Of a stretch of 64,000 nucleotides of DNA, positions 43,793 through 53,860 are shown piece by piece (positions within the stretch are counted from its first letter, which is position 1; the number at the start of each line of letters is the position of its first letter). Below the pieces are notes generated by a model. That model saw only the letters and a list, made by a program, of their open reading frames with translations. It made no database searches and had not been told where the DNA came from. The DNA is from Deltaproteobacteria bacterium (GTDB taxonomy: Bacteria; Acidobacteriota; Thermoanaerobaculia; Multivoradales; JAHZIX01): NCBI GenBank assembly GCA_022601195.1, contig JAHZIX010000034.1:18504-82503 (forward strand), in the 5' to 3' direction. Position numbers and translations under genes: made by a program.

Positions 43793-46700
43793 CTAGCGAG
43801 GGCTGGCGAGAGCCTGAAGACGCTTCCTGGCCTCTTTGACCTGCGGATGATCTGGCCCCCGAGTCTTCAGGAGACCCTGGTACCAGAGTTCCAGGTGCGG
43901 TTTCGCTTCGTCGTAGCGGTTCAGTTGGAAGAGACTTTCTCCCAATGACCGTTCCACGGTGAGCCTCCAAGGGCTCGACGCTGCTAACTTGTCGTGCAGA
44001 ATATCTCTCGCCTGCACCGCTAGATCGAGGCACTCCTTCGCATCGCCGGCCCGACCTCGCAACGCCGCCAGGCTGGCCAACACCCGCCCCACATCCAGGT
44101 GCTCTTCACCGAGCCGGCGGCGAAAAATCTCCAGGGCCCGGCGAAACGACTGTTCCGCCTTCTCCACCTCTCCCAAAGACCAACGCACGGTAGCCAAATT
44201 GTGAACCGCTTTCCCCACCCGCGGGTGGTCCTCCCCAAGAGCGGCCGTCATCACTGCCAAAGACCGCTCGTAGAGTTCTTCCGCTTCCGCAAGATCTCCG
44301 GAAGCCTTGGCGAGGCCACCGAGGTTGTTGAGCACGATGGCGACCTGGAAATGCTCTTCCCCTAGCTGGCTGCGGGTGATCTCCAAAGCCTGGACGTAGA
44401 GGTCGCGAGCCTGCTCCTGGCGCCCGGTGGCCGCGAGGATTTCTCCCAGGTTGTTGAGGCTGGCCGCGACCTCTTCGTGCCTCTCTCCGAGCGTCCGCTG
44501 ACGCATGGCCAGGGACTGACGGTAGAGATCTTCAGCTTCCTCCCTCCTCCCTTGGTCCAGGTAGAGGGCTGCCAGGTTGTTGAGGGTCGTCGCCAGTCGC
44601 GGATGGTCGCCGTGGTAGGCCTTGCGCTGCATCTCTAAAGCCTCCAGGTAGAAGGCCTCGGATTCTTCGAGACGGCCGGCCTGATCCAAGGAGAGCCCCA
44701 GGTTGCTGAGAGTGGTGGCCAGGTGCAAGTGACCCTCCGGATAGAGTCGGCGCTGCATCTGCTCCGCTTCGCGAAAGAGCTCTTCCGCAGCCTCGACATC
44801 CGATTCCTTGAGGAGCAACCCTAGGTTGTTGAGGCTCAGGGCAACCTCCGGGTGATCGCCGCCATAGAGGCCTCGGAGGATCTCCAGAGCTTCGCGGTAG
44901 AAGTCCTCTGCTTGATCCGTCTGCCCCCGCCGCGCCAAAGAAATGGCATAGTCGTCGAGGCCGGAAGCCAGAATTCTGCTAGCGCCTAGCTCGCGTGCCA
45001 AGGAAAGGCCTCGCCGAAATTCGTCATCGGCATCCTGAAAGTTCCCTTGGAGGTCGAGGACCCGAGCCAATTGAAGGTGACTGCCGGCGGTCTCTTCGTG
45101 GCCCTCTCCGGACCCTCCCCGATGAACTTCTACGGCCTTGCGGGCCGTCTCCGCCGCCTCTGGGTAGCGCCCTTGGGCTTCGAAAACCTCCGACAGCCGC
45201 AGCAACCCCGTGCCCACTTCCGAATGATCCTCTCCCTGGAGGCCCCGGCGCAGATCGAGGCTGTGCTGAAGGAGTTCCTCGGCTTCCTCCAGCAGGCCCA
45301 AATTGAGAAAGGACCGTCCCATGGACGCCTCCACGTCGGCCTGGGCCTGTGGTTGGTCCGAAAGCTCCGACCGCACCTTGAGGACTCCATCTTCGAGGAT
45401 CTGTCGAGCCGTCACGATGTTGCCTCGCGCTCGCCCGGGGTCCGGAATCTCGAACAGTGCCACCAGTAGATCGGAGACGGACTCGGCGCGCTCGAAATGG
45501 CGCAGTGCCTGCCTTTGGGACTCGACGAGTAAGACCACGAACCCCAAGAGGGCGGCCAGGCTGATCGCCGCCACCGCCGCTGCCAAGCGATGCCGGCGAA
45601 GCAATTTCATTCCCCGGTAGACCCAGGAATCACCACTGGCCAGCACCGCATGCCCCGCCAAATGGCGTTCCAAGTCCTTGGCCATTTGATCTGCGGAGGA
45701 GTACCGCCGCTGGGGCTCGGAGCGCAAAGCCATGGCGACGATATTGTCCAAATCCCCCCGGAGCTGTCGGTGCAGACGGTTCGGTTCTGTACGCCTTTTG
45801 TCAGCGACTTCTTCCCTTGCCGGCGGAGCCAAACGGCCCACGGTCGTCGACAGGCGCTCCACCGGTGTGTCCCAACGAGGCAAAGCACTCTCTCGACGGT
45901 TGGCGACACCTAGGGGCCCCTGATGGCCAACTCCCTTCGCTGGGCGTCCGTCTCCAGAGCGCTGGTCTCCAGAGCGCTGGCCTCCAGGACGGCACCCGGC
46001 CAGAAGCTCGAACAGCACAACTCCCAGCGAATAGACATCGCTGGCGGTGCTGATGACTTCTCCGCGCAGCTGTTCGGGGCTGGCGTAGGCGGGGGTCATC
46101 AGCGCCGTCCCCTGCTGAGTCAGGGCAGCCAATTCCTCTTCCGAGCTTGGGGCCAAGAGCTTGGCGATACTGAAGTCCAGGAGCTTGGGCTCTCCTTCTT
46201 CGGTCACCAAGATATTGCCGGGTTTGAGATCCCGGTGTACCACCAGATTCTGGTGAGCCACATGGACCGCTCGGCAGATCTTCCGGAACAGCTCCAGCCG
46301 CTGCTTCAAGGTCAGCCGAAGCTGGTCACAATAGTGATGGAGAGGCTTACCGTCGACATACTCCATGACCAAGAAGGGAACGCCACCGGGAGTGCTACCG
46401 CCGTCCAGGAGCTTGGCAATGTGAGGATGGTCCAACCCCGCCAAGATCTGCCGTTCCTGGCGAAACCGATGGAGGAAATCGTCCGTATCGAGGCCACGCC
46501 GAAGGATCTTCACCGCCGCTTGTTGGAGGTAGGCACCATCCGCCCGTACCGCCAAATAGACGCTCCCCATGCCTCCTCGTCCCAACAACCTCTCGAGGCG
46601 ATAGGAGCCCATTTTCTGGCCGAGATTTTCATCGACCACGGTGACCGCGGCAGCTCCCGTCAAACTAGCCACAGGGCGGTCCAGAGGATTGGCCGACGCC

Positions 46701-46849
46701 AGGTCCGCCTCCAGCAGAGCCTGAACCTGATGGGCCAAGTCCTCGTCTTCGGCGCAGGCGTGGGCTAGAAACTCCGCGACGGATTCTGCGGGAAGCTCCC
46801 GTGCGCTGTGAAACACGTCTTGAATCTGATGCCAGCGCTCCGGCGTCAT
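43793..46849 (-). CDS. Ser/Thr protein kinase with a TM segment and a long C-terminal TPR array (1,018 aa)
   Basis: Kinase motifs GRGGMGSVYLA, AVKIL, HRDLKPGNILV, DFSIAK, YASPEQ. TM segment LAAAVAAISLAALLGFVVLLV. At least 10 TPR-like units of the type ..LNNLG.L....G....AE.LY..AL. Confidence 0.85.
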   Translation of the reverse strand: MTPERWHQIQDVFHSARELPAESVAEFLAHACAEDEDLAHQVQALLEADLASANPLDRPVASLTGAAAVTVVDENLGQKMGSYRLERLLGRGGMGSVYLAVRADGAYLQQAAVKILRRGLDTDDFLHRFRQERQILAGLDHPHIAKLLDGGSTPGGVPFLVMEYVDGKPLHHYCDQLRLTLKQRLELFRKICRAVHVAHQNLVVHRDLKPGNILVTEEGEPKLLDFSIAKLLAPSSEEELAALTQQGTALMTPAYASPEQLRGEVISTASDVYSLGVVLFELLAGCRPGGQRSGDQRSGDGRPAKGVGHQGPLGVANRRESALPRWDTPVERLSTTVGRLAPPAREEVADKRRTEPNRLHRQLRGDLDNIVAMALRSEPQRRYSSADQMAKDLERHLAGHAVLASGDSWVYRGMKLLRRHRLAAAVAAISLAALLGFVVLLVESQRQALRHFERAESVSDLLVALFEIPDPGRARGNIVTARQILEDGVLKVRSELSDQPQAQADVEASMGRSFLNLGLLEEAEELLQHSLDLRRGLQGEDHSEVGTGLLRLSEVFEAQGRYPEAAETARKAVEVHRGGSGEGHEETAGSHLQLARVLDLQGNFQDADDEFRRGLSLARELGASRILASGLDDYAISLARRGQTDQAEDFYREALEILRGLYGGDHPEVALSLNNLGLLLKESDVEAAEELFREAEQMQRRLYPEGHLHLATTLSNLGLSLDQAGRLEESEAFYLEALEMQRKAYHGDHPRLATTLNNLAALYLDQGRREEAEDLYRQSLAMRQRTLGERHEEVAASLNNLGEILAATGRQEQARDLYVQALEITRSQLGEEHFQVAIVLNNLGGLAKASGDLAEAEELYERSLAVMTAALGEDHPRVGKAVHNLATVRWSLGEVEKAEQSFRRALEIFRRRLGEEHLDVGRVLASLAALRGRAGDAKECLDLAVQARDILHDKLAASSPWRLTVERSLGESLFQLNRYDEAKPHLELWYQGLLKTRGPDHPQVKEARKRLQALASPR

Positions 46850-47039
46850 GGTTTTCCCAGGCCTACGAGAGTCGAAGAAAATTCCCTCATCACCCCTACA
46901 TTACAACAGCAAAAGTTTGTACCCGTGAGACGATTCGCCACCCTTTTTCGCCAAATAGATTGCTACCGACTCGATGGCCCTCGGCACCTCAATGAAGAAA
47001 CGCCAGGGTAGGGAACGGCGAACGATTAGGGAGTTGAAT

Positions 47040-48698
47040 ATGAAGATTCTGCGAACGACTTTTGTAGCAACAATGCTTCTCCTGGGAACGGGGATAGGGG
47101 GTGTCTCCGGCCAGGTGGCGGCCCAAGGATGGACGCCGGAATTGGGCTCCTCTGTAACGATCTCGGTGGAACGGGGCGTCGAGGCGGAAGCCATCGCCAA
47201 ATCCGCCCTCCAGATCGGACCGCCCGCGGGATGCGTGGTCAAGGACATCATCCTGGAAAGCCCTCCCCTCCACGGGATACTGCTTGAAGAGCCGGATCGG
47301 TTCGTGTATCAACCGGGGCTGGATTTCTGGACGAGCGGCACCGATCGGTTGATCTACTCCGTCCGGTACGGAAGTTATTGTTCCCCTCTCTCCCAGACCT
47401 TCTTTCTCAATTTGGTGACCGCGAAGTTCACTGGAAGCCCCACGTTCTCAGAAGGGTTCGAGACCGGAGACCCCGACCTACCTCCCATCGAGGGTCCCGG
47501 GGCATCCATCAACCGGAGTCAAGAGGCTGCGATCTCCGGAACCTGGGGCCTATCGGTCGTCGCCGCTCCTGGAGCGCAAGCCTACCAACCCTTTCTCGGC
47601 GACCTGAAGATCGGAGGCAATCAGGGAGGGGAAATCCGCATGGAATTGGAACCGCCGGTGCTCCCCTTGGCAGGAGATGAGTCGAACTTCCTCATCTATG
47701 CTCTCGTCCCCGTCACCGGGGGCCGCCCCTTCCTCCGGCTGCGCATGAACCAAACCTCCATCGAGACGCTGCTGCGGACCGAAACCTGGAACGACGGCAT
47801 CCAGGACTGGAACGAAGGGGCTTGGTTCAAACTCTCCCCAAACTCTCACACCATCGTTTTGGACTATTGGCGCGCCAACGCCCACCGCGGAGCAGGGGTC
47901 GGCTTCTGGCTCGACGGGGCCCTCCGAGAGGAGCTCCGTTGGACTCCACCTCGAGATCCCAGCGACAGCCTGGAACATCGCTTCGGTGCCATGGAAATAG
48001 AGTCGGATTACGCCCTAGACTTCCCCATGGACAGCCTTTGCCTGGTGGAACATGTCCTCGCCGATACCTTTGTGGTGTTGGCCGCGGATGGCTTCGAAGG
48101 TGGGGCCCTCAACCAACAGCCAGGCTCGAATCCCATCGTTAGCCATCCCGGTGCAGCGATTACCGGTGAAGGTGGTTTAGAAGTGGCCGTGGTGGCCTCC
48201 CACCCGGACGGCGCTTACCTGCTCGACGAGGCCCCGTTCGATGAGAATGACTATGGAGTCCGCTTCGACTTCGACACTTCCTTGCTCACGCTGCAGCCCT
48301 GGGAAGGGGTAACCTTGGTCGCCGGCTCCGGTACCCAAGCCCCTACCCTGGGGCAGGAAGCGGTCAAGCTTCGCCTGCGCGCCACCCCAACGGGATTTCA
48401 GGTGCGCGCCGTCGCCCGGTTGAACACCGGCTCGAGCCAAGGAGCCCTAAGGTTCACCGACTGGATCCCCTTCAGCCGAGGGGTGCACACCTTGAGCCTC
48501 CATTGGCGAGCCGCACCCGAAGGCTCGGCGCTGGGCCGCCTACGCCTCTGGCTCGGTGACACCTTGGCCGCCGAAGAGCTCGGCCTCGACAATAGCCAGT
48601 GGCGGGTCCAATCCCTCTGGCTGGGGGCTAGGAAGGCCGACCCGGGAGCCTCGGGTTTTCTCCACTACGACAACTTCCAGGCCTGGAAGAATCTCTAG
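47040..48698 (+). CDS. Hypothetical secreted protein (552 aa); start reassigned to ATG 47040
   Basis: AGGGAG RBS and signal peptide (TTFVATMLLLGTGIGGVSGQVAAQ). No recognised domain. Confidence 0.55.
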   Translation: MKILRTTFVATMLLLGTGIGGVSGQVAAQGWTPELGSSVTISVERGVEAEAIAKSALQIGPPAGCVVKDIILESPPLHGILLEEPDRFVYQPGLDFWTSGTDRLIYSVRYGSYCSPLSQTFFLNLVTAKFTGSPTFSEGFETGDPDLPPIEGPGASINRSQEAAISGTWGLSVVAAPGAQAYQPFLGDLKIGGNQGGEIRMELEPPVLPLAGDESNFLIYALVPVTGGRPFLRLRMNQTSIETLLRTETWNDGIQDWNEGAWFKLSPNSHTIVLDYWRANAHRGAGVGFWLDGALREELRWTPPRDPSDSLEHRFGAMEIESDYALDFPMDSLCLVEHVLADTFVVLAADGFEGGALNQQPGSNPIVSHPGAAITGEGGLEVAVVASHPDGAYLLDEAPFDENDYGVRFDFDTSLLTLQPWEGVTLVAGSGTQAPTLGQEAVKLRLRATPTGFQVRAVARLNTGSSQGALRFTDWIPFSRGVHTLSLHWRAAPEGSALGRLRLWLGDTLAAEELGLDNSQWRVQSLWLGARKADPGASGFLHYDNFQAWKNL

Positions 48699-48869
48699 CC
48701 ATAGCAACCGGTCTCGACCTGGGAGAGCTGACCTTTTCATCTCACTTGTGGCGAGCGCACCTTGATTGCACAAGAAAAATGATCCCTATTTAACGATTTT
48801 TGGGCGTTAGAAGATTGCAAGGTTCCGGATTTCCCGGAACTCTTCTTTCTTTTCGAGGAGGAGACTTTT

Positions 48870-49664
48870 ATGTCGAATCGTAGCTTCGCCCCGACGGCTC
48901 TCGCCGTCATCGCTCTATTGGTGTCGTTCGCGGCTTCACCAGCTGTTGCCCAAAGCGGTCAATACATCTACACGGTGGGTTTCGAGTGTGGATTCCAAGC
49001 CTCTGCGGATGGCAACTTCGGATATGAGCCAGTGGCCAAGATCGCCAACTACGCCATCAAAGTGGATCTGTTCAATTATGGAGCCAATTCCGCCAACCTC
49101 ACCGCCCAGGTCCACAACACTGGCCCAACTCGTTGGCCCACTTCGGTACCTCCGATCACGGTAGCTCCCTCCACTGTCAACGCCGGACACGGTGGACTAC
49201 TCGACTGCGTCAACATCGTCACCGCCATCTTGGGCCAGACCCCAACGGGGAAGCCCTTCTACAGCGGCATCCTCACGGTGCGCAGCCCCACACCTCTCAT
49301 CGTATGGGCTACCAAAACCACTGAGGTCTGCTCCGGCCTGGCCACTTACTACAACGGTGATTTCGTCGACCCGTTGGTCTATATCGACGAAAACGGCATC
49401 CCTTCGACTCCGTCCACCGGTCCCCTGCCTCCGGCCCGCATTTCTCTCTTCAACTGCCCCACCGGCAACGCCCCGCCCGGCTCCCCCTCCGAAGGCCAAG
49501 GTCCCTACACCGGCCCTGGCGGCGGAGTCCCCCCCAACATTCGTCCCATCGGCATGATGACCAACCTCCAAGGCAACCATTTCGTGTCCAACTTGGGAGT
49601 CAGTCACTCACTGGACTTCGAACGGATCGAAGGGGTCTTCGTTCCTGAAGACCCAGCTCCCTAG
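48870..49664 (+). CDS. Hypothetical secreted protein (264 aa)
   Basis: GAGGAGGAG RBS and signal peptide (ALAVIALLVSFAASPAVAQ). No recognised domain. The C-terminal third is Pro/Gly-rich. Confidence 0.6.
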   Translation: MSNRSFAPTALAVIALLVSFAASPAVAQSGQYIYTVGFECGFQASADGNFGYEPVAKIANYAIKVDLFNYGANSANLTAQVHNTGPTRWPTSVPPITVAPSTVNAGHGGLLDCVNIVTAILGQTPTGKPFYSGILTVRSPTPLIVWATKTTEVCSGLATYYNGDFVDPLVYIDENGIPSTPSTGPLPPARISLFNCPTGNAPPGSPSEGQGPYTGPGGGVPPNIRPIGMMTNLQGNHFVSNLGVSHSLDFERIEGVFVPEDPAP

Positions 49665-49770
49665 CGGCTCGGGGCTCGGTGAGGTCTCCGGCCAAGGCGG
49701 TGATTTCACCGATGCCTTTTTCTCGCATCATTCGGCCTAGAGCCCTGCGAGCACCTCGCAGGACAGATCC

Positions 49771-50307
49771 TCATTGAGGAATCGGTTCATGAAGAGCCCG
49801 GGCGATGAGGCCGTACCCTTCATCTAGGTAAAGAGATCGATCAATGACTTCGTCCTCGGGCGCGCGATTGAAAAACACCCTCCGAAAGTGATGCGCTTGA
49901 CTGGGGACGAAGTCGGGTACTCCGTCTCCAGGAAGTTGCTGAGAGCTCCAATACTTCCCGACTTCGTCCACACACTCGACCCAGCAATCCTGCTGGCTGA
50001 CCAGCCGAGCCACCTCGCGAACCGCATCGATGACATTACGAGCCTCGCAATCCCATCGCTCATAGTGACAGTGTCCCCGATGCTCGCTTTTGCCGCCAAG
50101 AATCGACGAGAAATAGTGCACCGAGTGAAGGATCTCCTGCCGCTGGCGACCGAAAACCCCGAAGATCAAATCGATGGTGCCCAGCCCCTCCTGCTCCGGA
50201 AGAATGGAGATTACTCGGCTGGTGCCATAGGGATCTACTTTCTCGGTCGAACGGATATGTGGCCATCTCAACCTACGGCGCAGCCAGTCGACGGAAACGG
50301 TCAGCAT
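49771..50307 (-). CDS. Hypothetical cytoplasmic protein (178 aa)
   Basis: AGGAGG RBS 5 nt upstream of ATG 50307. The overlapping + strand ORF 49888..50376 has no comparable signal. No recognised domain. Confidence 0.55.
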   Translation of the reverse strand: MLTVSVDWLRRRLRWPHIRSTEKVDPYGTSRVISILPEQEGLGTIDLIFGVFGRQRQEILHSVHYFSSILGGKSEHRGHCHYERWDCEARNVIDAVREVARLVSQQDCWVECVDEVGKYWSSQQLPGDGVPDFVPSQAHHFRRVFFNRAPEDEVIDRSLYLDEGYGLIARALHEPIPQ

Positions 50308-50420
50308 GACGTCCTCCTAGTGGACTCTCGGAGTCAGGGGACCTCAGTGGATTCCAAACGACGACTGCCCACTTGATAGAAAGGTTTCGCAAAGAAGCCG
50401 CTTAGTCTCCTCGTCTGAGG

Positions 50421-50464
50421 AAAAGAAAAATAGGCCTCGAGGGGCAATAGGAAACCCCTCGAGC
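50421..50464 (-). terminator. Intrinsic terminator after rtcA
   Basis: The minus strand reads GCUCGAGGGG-UUUCCUAUUG-CCCCUCGAGGCC (9-bp perfect stem, nt 50436-50444 with 50455-50463), followed by UAUUUUUCUUUUCC. Confidence 0.6.
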
Positions 50465-50705
50465 CCTTATTAGGAGGATGGGGATGAGGGGCCTCGAACG
50501 GCTCCGCGGTTGAGAAGTTGCGGGCTGATCGAAGCCGGAAGGATCGAGGCACTCTAGAGAGCCCCGTTCGGTGCTTGGGAACGATGCTCTCAGAAGAGTG
50601 CTCTCTATATGGGTAGTTGCCGGCCAGAGAGAATTGTGGACACTCGAGCCGAAGTTTTCTTTCCACTACCTGCTTCCAGTCCTCTTTCGCTACATCCCTC
50701 AACTT

Positions 50706-51794
50706 TCAACCCAACACCACTCGGCACTGGGGAGGCGACAGCCGTTCTACGTGAATGGGTACGTCCAAGAATTGTTGGATGAGCCCAATCTGCGTGGTCG
50801 AGTGGCGAGACAGAGGGAGCGTCAGCATCGATCCCGCACCGGCCATGGCCATGGGAACGAGCAGTTGATCCGCCAGGTATTCACCAACGGGCACTCGAGC
50901 TTTGAGAAAGCGTTGCATGGCCTGCACTCCTCGCCCCACCACCGCTTCCGCCCGCACCCCCACCACCCCAAAACTAGAGATGACCTCGGTGACGACTTCC
51001 CCACCTAACTCCAGCAGGACGACATTGCCGGGACCGGCGACGTCGGCAAGCTCTTCCAAGTGAAGATTCTCCTGGGGCCAGCCGGTGCGTTTTTCCAAGT
51101 GCCGCAATTCACGCCTGCCGATGTGACCGGGAAGGTTTGCCACCAAAACCCGGCCTTGCCGACGGCCCACATCACCGACCTCCTCGAGGTCGATCCTGTT
51201 CAAGATTGGACTGGGCTCCACCTGTACCCGGATCTTGCCGCCACCGGCAGGATAGAAGCCGGCCCGCTCTAGCGTCGCCGAGACTCGGGGCCCCATGAGC
51301 TCCAAAGCCGGCAACAGCGATCTAGCAAGAAAGTCGAAGGGGGGAGCTGAGGGGTTGTGAGTCCCTCCCTCCAGCACCAACTCCGACGGGCCGCTGGCCA
51401 CCAGCAGGGCCGGCAATAACGCCTGGACCACCAAGGTCGTGCTGCCCGCGGTCCCCATGGCGTAGGAGTACCGCCCGGGAATCACTGGCCCCGGCTCGAA
51501 TAGGACTTCCGCAGATCCGAGATCGGCCCCCTGGACCTCGGCACGACAAATTTCCTGAGCGGCAACCAGAGCGGTCAGATGCTGCCGAAGGAGACCTGGT
51601 TTGCGGCGACCGGCGCGAATGTTGCGCACCCGAACCGCGTTTCCAGTCACCATGGAGAGAGCGAGAGAGGAGCGAAAGATCTGCCCGCCCCCCTCTCCCT
51701 CGGAACCATCTATTTCGATCCACTGCTGGGTCATCGCTTTCTCACTCGGCACGGCCTCAGCTGATACTCCTTTAGCTGGTACTGGCTCGGCCAA
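50706..51794 (-). CDS. rtcA: RNA 3'-terminal phosphate cyclase (TTG 51794, or more likely ATG 51734)
   Basis: IEIDGSEGEGGGQIFRSSLALSMVTG..VRNIRAGRRKPGLLRQHL is the RtcA N-terminal signature. The gene abuts the rtcB stop. Confidence 0.85.
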   Translation of the reverse strand: MAEPVPAKGVSAEAVPSEKAMTQQWIEIDGSEGEGGGQIFRSSLALSMVTGNAVRVRNIRAGRRKPGLLRQHLTALVAAQEICRAEVQGADLGSAEVLFEPGPVIPGRYSYAMGTAGSTTLVVQALLPALLVASGPSELVLEGGTHNPSAPPFDFLARSLLPALELMGPRVSATLERAGFYPAGGGKIRVQVEPSPILNRIDLEEVGDVGRRQGRVLVANLPGHIGRRELRHLEKRTGWPQENLHLEELADVAGPGNVVLLELGGEVVTEVISSFGVVGVRAEAVVGRGVQAMQRFLKARVPVGEYLADQLLVPMAMAGAGSMLTLPLSRHSTTQIGLIQQFLDVPIHVERLSPPQCRVVLG

Positions 51795-53342
51795 CTAATC
51801 ATCCGCCGGCGCCCCGTCCTTGATGACGAACCGAGCCTCCAGGCGGGCGACCTCCGAGGCGAGACCAGCGACTTTCACCGACCGTAAGACCTCATCGAAG
51901 TCCTTATAAGCAGCAGGAGCTTCGTCCCGCGGGTAGCGCCGGCAGTTGGTCAGGATGTCGCGCTCCTCGAAACTGCGATCGACTTCCTGCTGGTCGAGCT
52001 CTCGAAAGGCCCGACGTCGGCCAAGAGCCCTTCCGGCACCGTGGTTGACGCTGAAGCAAGACCTCTCGGCTCCCGCCTCCGCGGCCATCACGGCAGAGCC
52101 CGCTTGGGGATTCCCGGGAAGCAGAATCGGGTGCCCGGTTTCAGCAAACGGAGTCTCCTTCAACGCATGGTGACCCGCTGGAAAGGCTCGCGTCGCCCCT
52201 TTCCGGTGCACCCACATGGGCCGATTGTCGATCACTTCTTTGCGAGCGATGTTGTGGCTGATGAAGTACACCAGATGCCCCTGGACTCCGGGAATCACCT
52301 CCTGAAAGGCTTCCAGCACCAATGCGTTGATGAGCAGGTGGTTCACCGTCGCAAAGTTGGCACCCAGAGCCATGTCGTTGAGATAGGCATCCGCCTCCGG
52401 CGTCCCCAGAGGGGCATAGACCAGCTGCGGATCTCCTCCTGGAAGGGGAATATCCCAGTTGTCGAACTTCCCTTGCAGGGCCTTGAATTGCCCGGAAGCC
52501 AAGTCGTGACCGAAACCGCGAGACCCACAGTGGGACAGGAAGGCAGCATGGCCGTTCTCGAGGCCGAAGACTTTCGCCCGTTTGCGGGCGACGGAGTTTT
52601 CAGCCACTTTCACCACTTCACACTCACCGAAGTGATTCCCTCCACCGTAGGAACCGAGCTGGCTCATTTTTCCCCGAAAGCGACCTTCAGGAAAACGCGA
52701 GCGCAGCAGATCCAGCCGCTCTAACAGCGTCTCCACCGTTCCATCGTGCCCCTGGTGGGCCGAATCTTCACAGCGCAGGGCCCACTCCGGAGGAATTCCC
52801 AGCTGCTCACAAACCTCTTGGGAAGCCCCTTCCGTGACCACCTGGCTCCCCAGGTCCGGTAGCACCCGGCGAGCTTTCTTGACGTGGCGCTGCCCCCGAC
52901 CAGCACCGGTCGGCACCCGTTCGGCTATGGCATTGATCAGAGCCCGGCGCACCGGTCGATCCACCAGCTGGTCTGCCGGTAGGTCCAGCTGCAGCAAACT
53001 CATGGAGCATTTGATGTCCACCCCCACGGGGCCCGGGTAGATATGGCTCGGTGACGCCAGCACACAGCCTACGGGAGCCCCATAGCCACAGTGAGCATCG
53101 GGGTTGAGGACCAGCTCTTCCACCCCTGGGGCCAGGCGAGAGTTCTGTGCCTGCTGCAAACAGAGGTCATCGAAGCCCGCGCGGATCACCTCGGTACCAA
53201 TAACCGTAATGGGCTTCTTGGCGCCATCTTTCACCGGCAGCAGGGCTGTCGCCTCCCCGGTGGCGACAAAAGGACTGGCCGAGCTGTTTGCCGCTCGAAC
53301 ACTCGTGTTCTGAAAATCCGCTTTCTTGCTAGCCATCACCAA
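51795..53342 (-). CDS. rtcB: RNA-splicing ligase RtcB
   Basis: PDAHCGYGAPVG, GPVGVDIKC, GGGNHFGECEV, SHCGSRGFGH, NHGAGR: the RtcB metal- and GMP-binding motifs. Confidence 0.9.
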   Translation of the reverse strand: MVMASKKADFQNTSVRAANSSASPFVATGEATALLPVKDGAKKPITVIGTEVIRAGFDDLCLQQAQNSRLAPGVEELVLNPDAHCGYGAPVGCVLASPSHIYPGPVGVDIKCSMSLLQLDLPADQLVDRPVRRALINAIAERVPTGAGRGQRHVKKARRVLPDLGSQVVTEGASQEVCEQLGIPPEWALRCEDSAHQGHDGTVETLLERLDLLRSRFPEGRFRGKMSQLGSYGGGNHFGECEVVKVAENSVARKRAKVFGLENGHAAFLSHCGSRGFGHDLASGQFKALQGKFDNWDIPLPGGDPQLVYAPLGTPEADAYLNDMALGANFATVNHLLINALVLEAFQEVIPGVQGHLVYFISHNIARKEVIDNRPMWVHRKGATRAFPAGHHALKETPFAETGHPILLPGNPQAGSAVMAAEAGAERSCFSVNHGAGRALGRRRAFRELDQQEVDRSFEERDILTNCRRYPRDEAPAAYKDFDEVLRSVKVAGLASEVARLEARFVIKDGAPADD

Positions 53343-53403
53343 GCTCCCTCTATTCCTATGACTTCCTGGGTCAACTGAGTTCTATCAGCCCAAACGGCGG
53401 GCG

Positions 53404-53520
53404 CGACGACAAAAATCGAGAAACATTGCTCTACCCCTGAGCTACAGCCGGTTCTCCAAGGAGAGCACGACCGGCGGGATTCGAACCCGCGACCCATGTA
53501 TTTCCTCGGGCATTCGTCAC
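53404..53520 (-). ncRNA. Y RNA-like ncRNA module 1 (YrlA-type with tRNA-like T-arm, closed acceptor-like stem, D-arm)
   Basis: Minus strand, 5' to 3': GACGA-AUGCC-CGAGGAAAUACAUGG-GUC-GCGGGUUCGAAUCCCGC-..hairpin..-GCUCAGGGGUAGAGC-AAUGUUUCUCG-AUUUUUG-UCGUC. The terminal helix is GACGA/UCGUC. It lies between rsr and rtcB. Confidence 0.6.
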
Positions 53521-53566
53521 GCCCGCCGCTGCCGGCAGCACCGGCCTCCCGATGCTGCAAATGGAA

Positions 53567-53698
53567 GAAACGACGAAATTTTGTGAGACCTCTCTGTGCT
53601 CTACCTCTTGAGCTACGACGGGTTTACCTAACGGCATCCCACCGACGGGTTTCGAACCCGCAACCTCAGAGCCATGTAGTCCCACAGGCATTCGTTTC
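53567..53698 (-). ncRNA. Y RNA-like ncRNA module 2 (YrlA-type)
   Basis: Minus strand: GAAACGA-AUGCC-UGUGGGAC-UACAUGG..GCGGGUUCGAAACCCGU..GCUCAAGAGGUAGAGC..GUCUCACA-AAAUUUCG-UCGUUUC. The terminal helix is GAAACGA/UCGUUUC and the second helix is UGUGGGAC/GUCUCACA. Confidence 0.6.
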
Positions 53699-53770
53699 AT
53701 CCAACTCACACTCTTATCAATTCAACTTCTATTCGACAGATCCCGTTTCCAAAACAGAATCATGAAACAA

Positions 53771-53860
53771 CCGGCGACGAGATTCGGAGAGAGATCTCCG
53801 CCGCAGCGGGAGCGGATTTGAACCGCTCAATCACCATGTACTCTCTCCAGCATTCGCCGG
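53771..53860 (-). ncRNA. Y RNA-like ncRNA module 3 (shorter, T-arm-like hairpin only; YrlB-like)
   Basis: Minus strand: CCGGCGA-AUGC-UGGAGAGAG-UACAUGG..GAGCGGUUCAAAUCCGCUC..CUCUCUCCG-AAUCUCG-UCGCCGG. It shares the CGAAUGC and UACAUGG motifs with modules 1 and 2. Confidence 0.45.

Noticed and set aside
53404-53700. Possible canonical tRNA genes, suggested by strong matches to T-arm (GGTTCGAATCC) and D-arm (GCTCAGGGGTAGAGC) consensus sequences on the minus strand.
   Set aside because: The T-arm-like hairpin precedes the D-arm-like element, there is no anticodon arm, and the acceptor-like stem is closed by a loop. The arrangement fits YrlA-type tRNA mimics next to rsr, not functional tRNAs.
53336-53765. 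ORF-track entries 53336..53560(-), 53431..53709(-) and 53496..53765(+) in the rsr-rtcB gap.
   Set aside because: They overlap each other and the structured ncRNA modules. They have no RBS or recognisable protein features.
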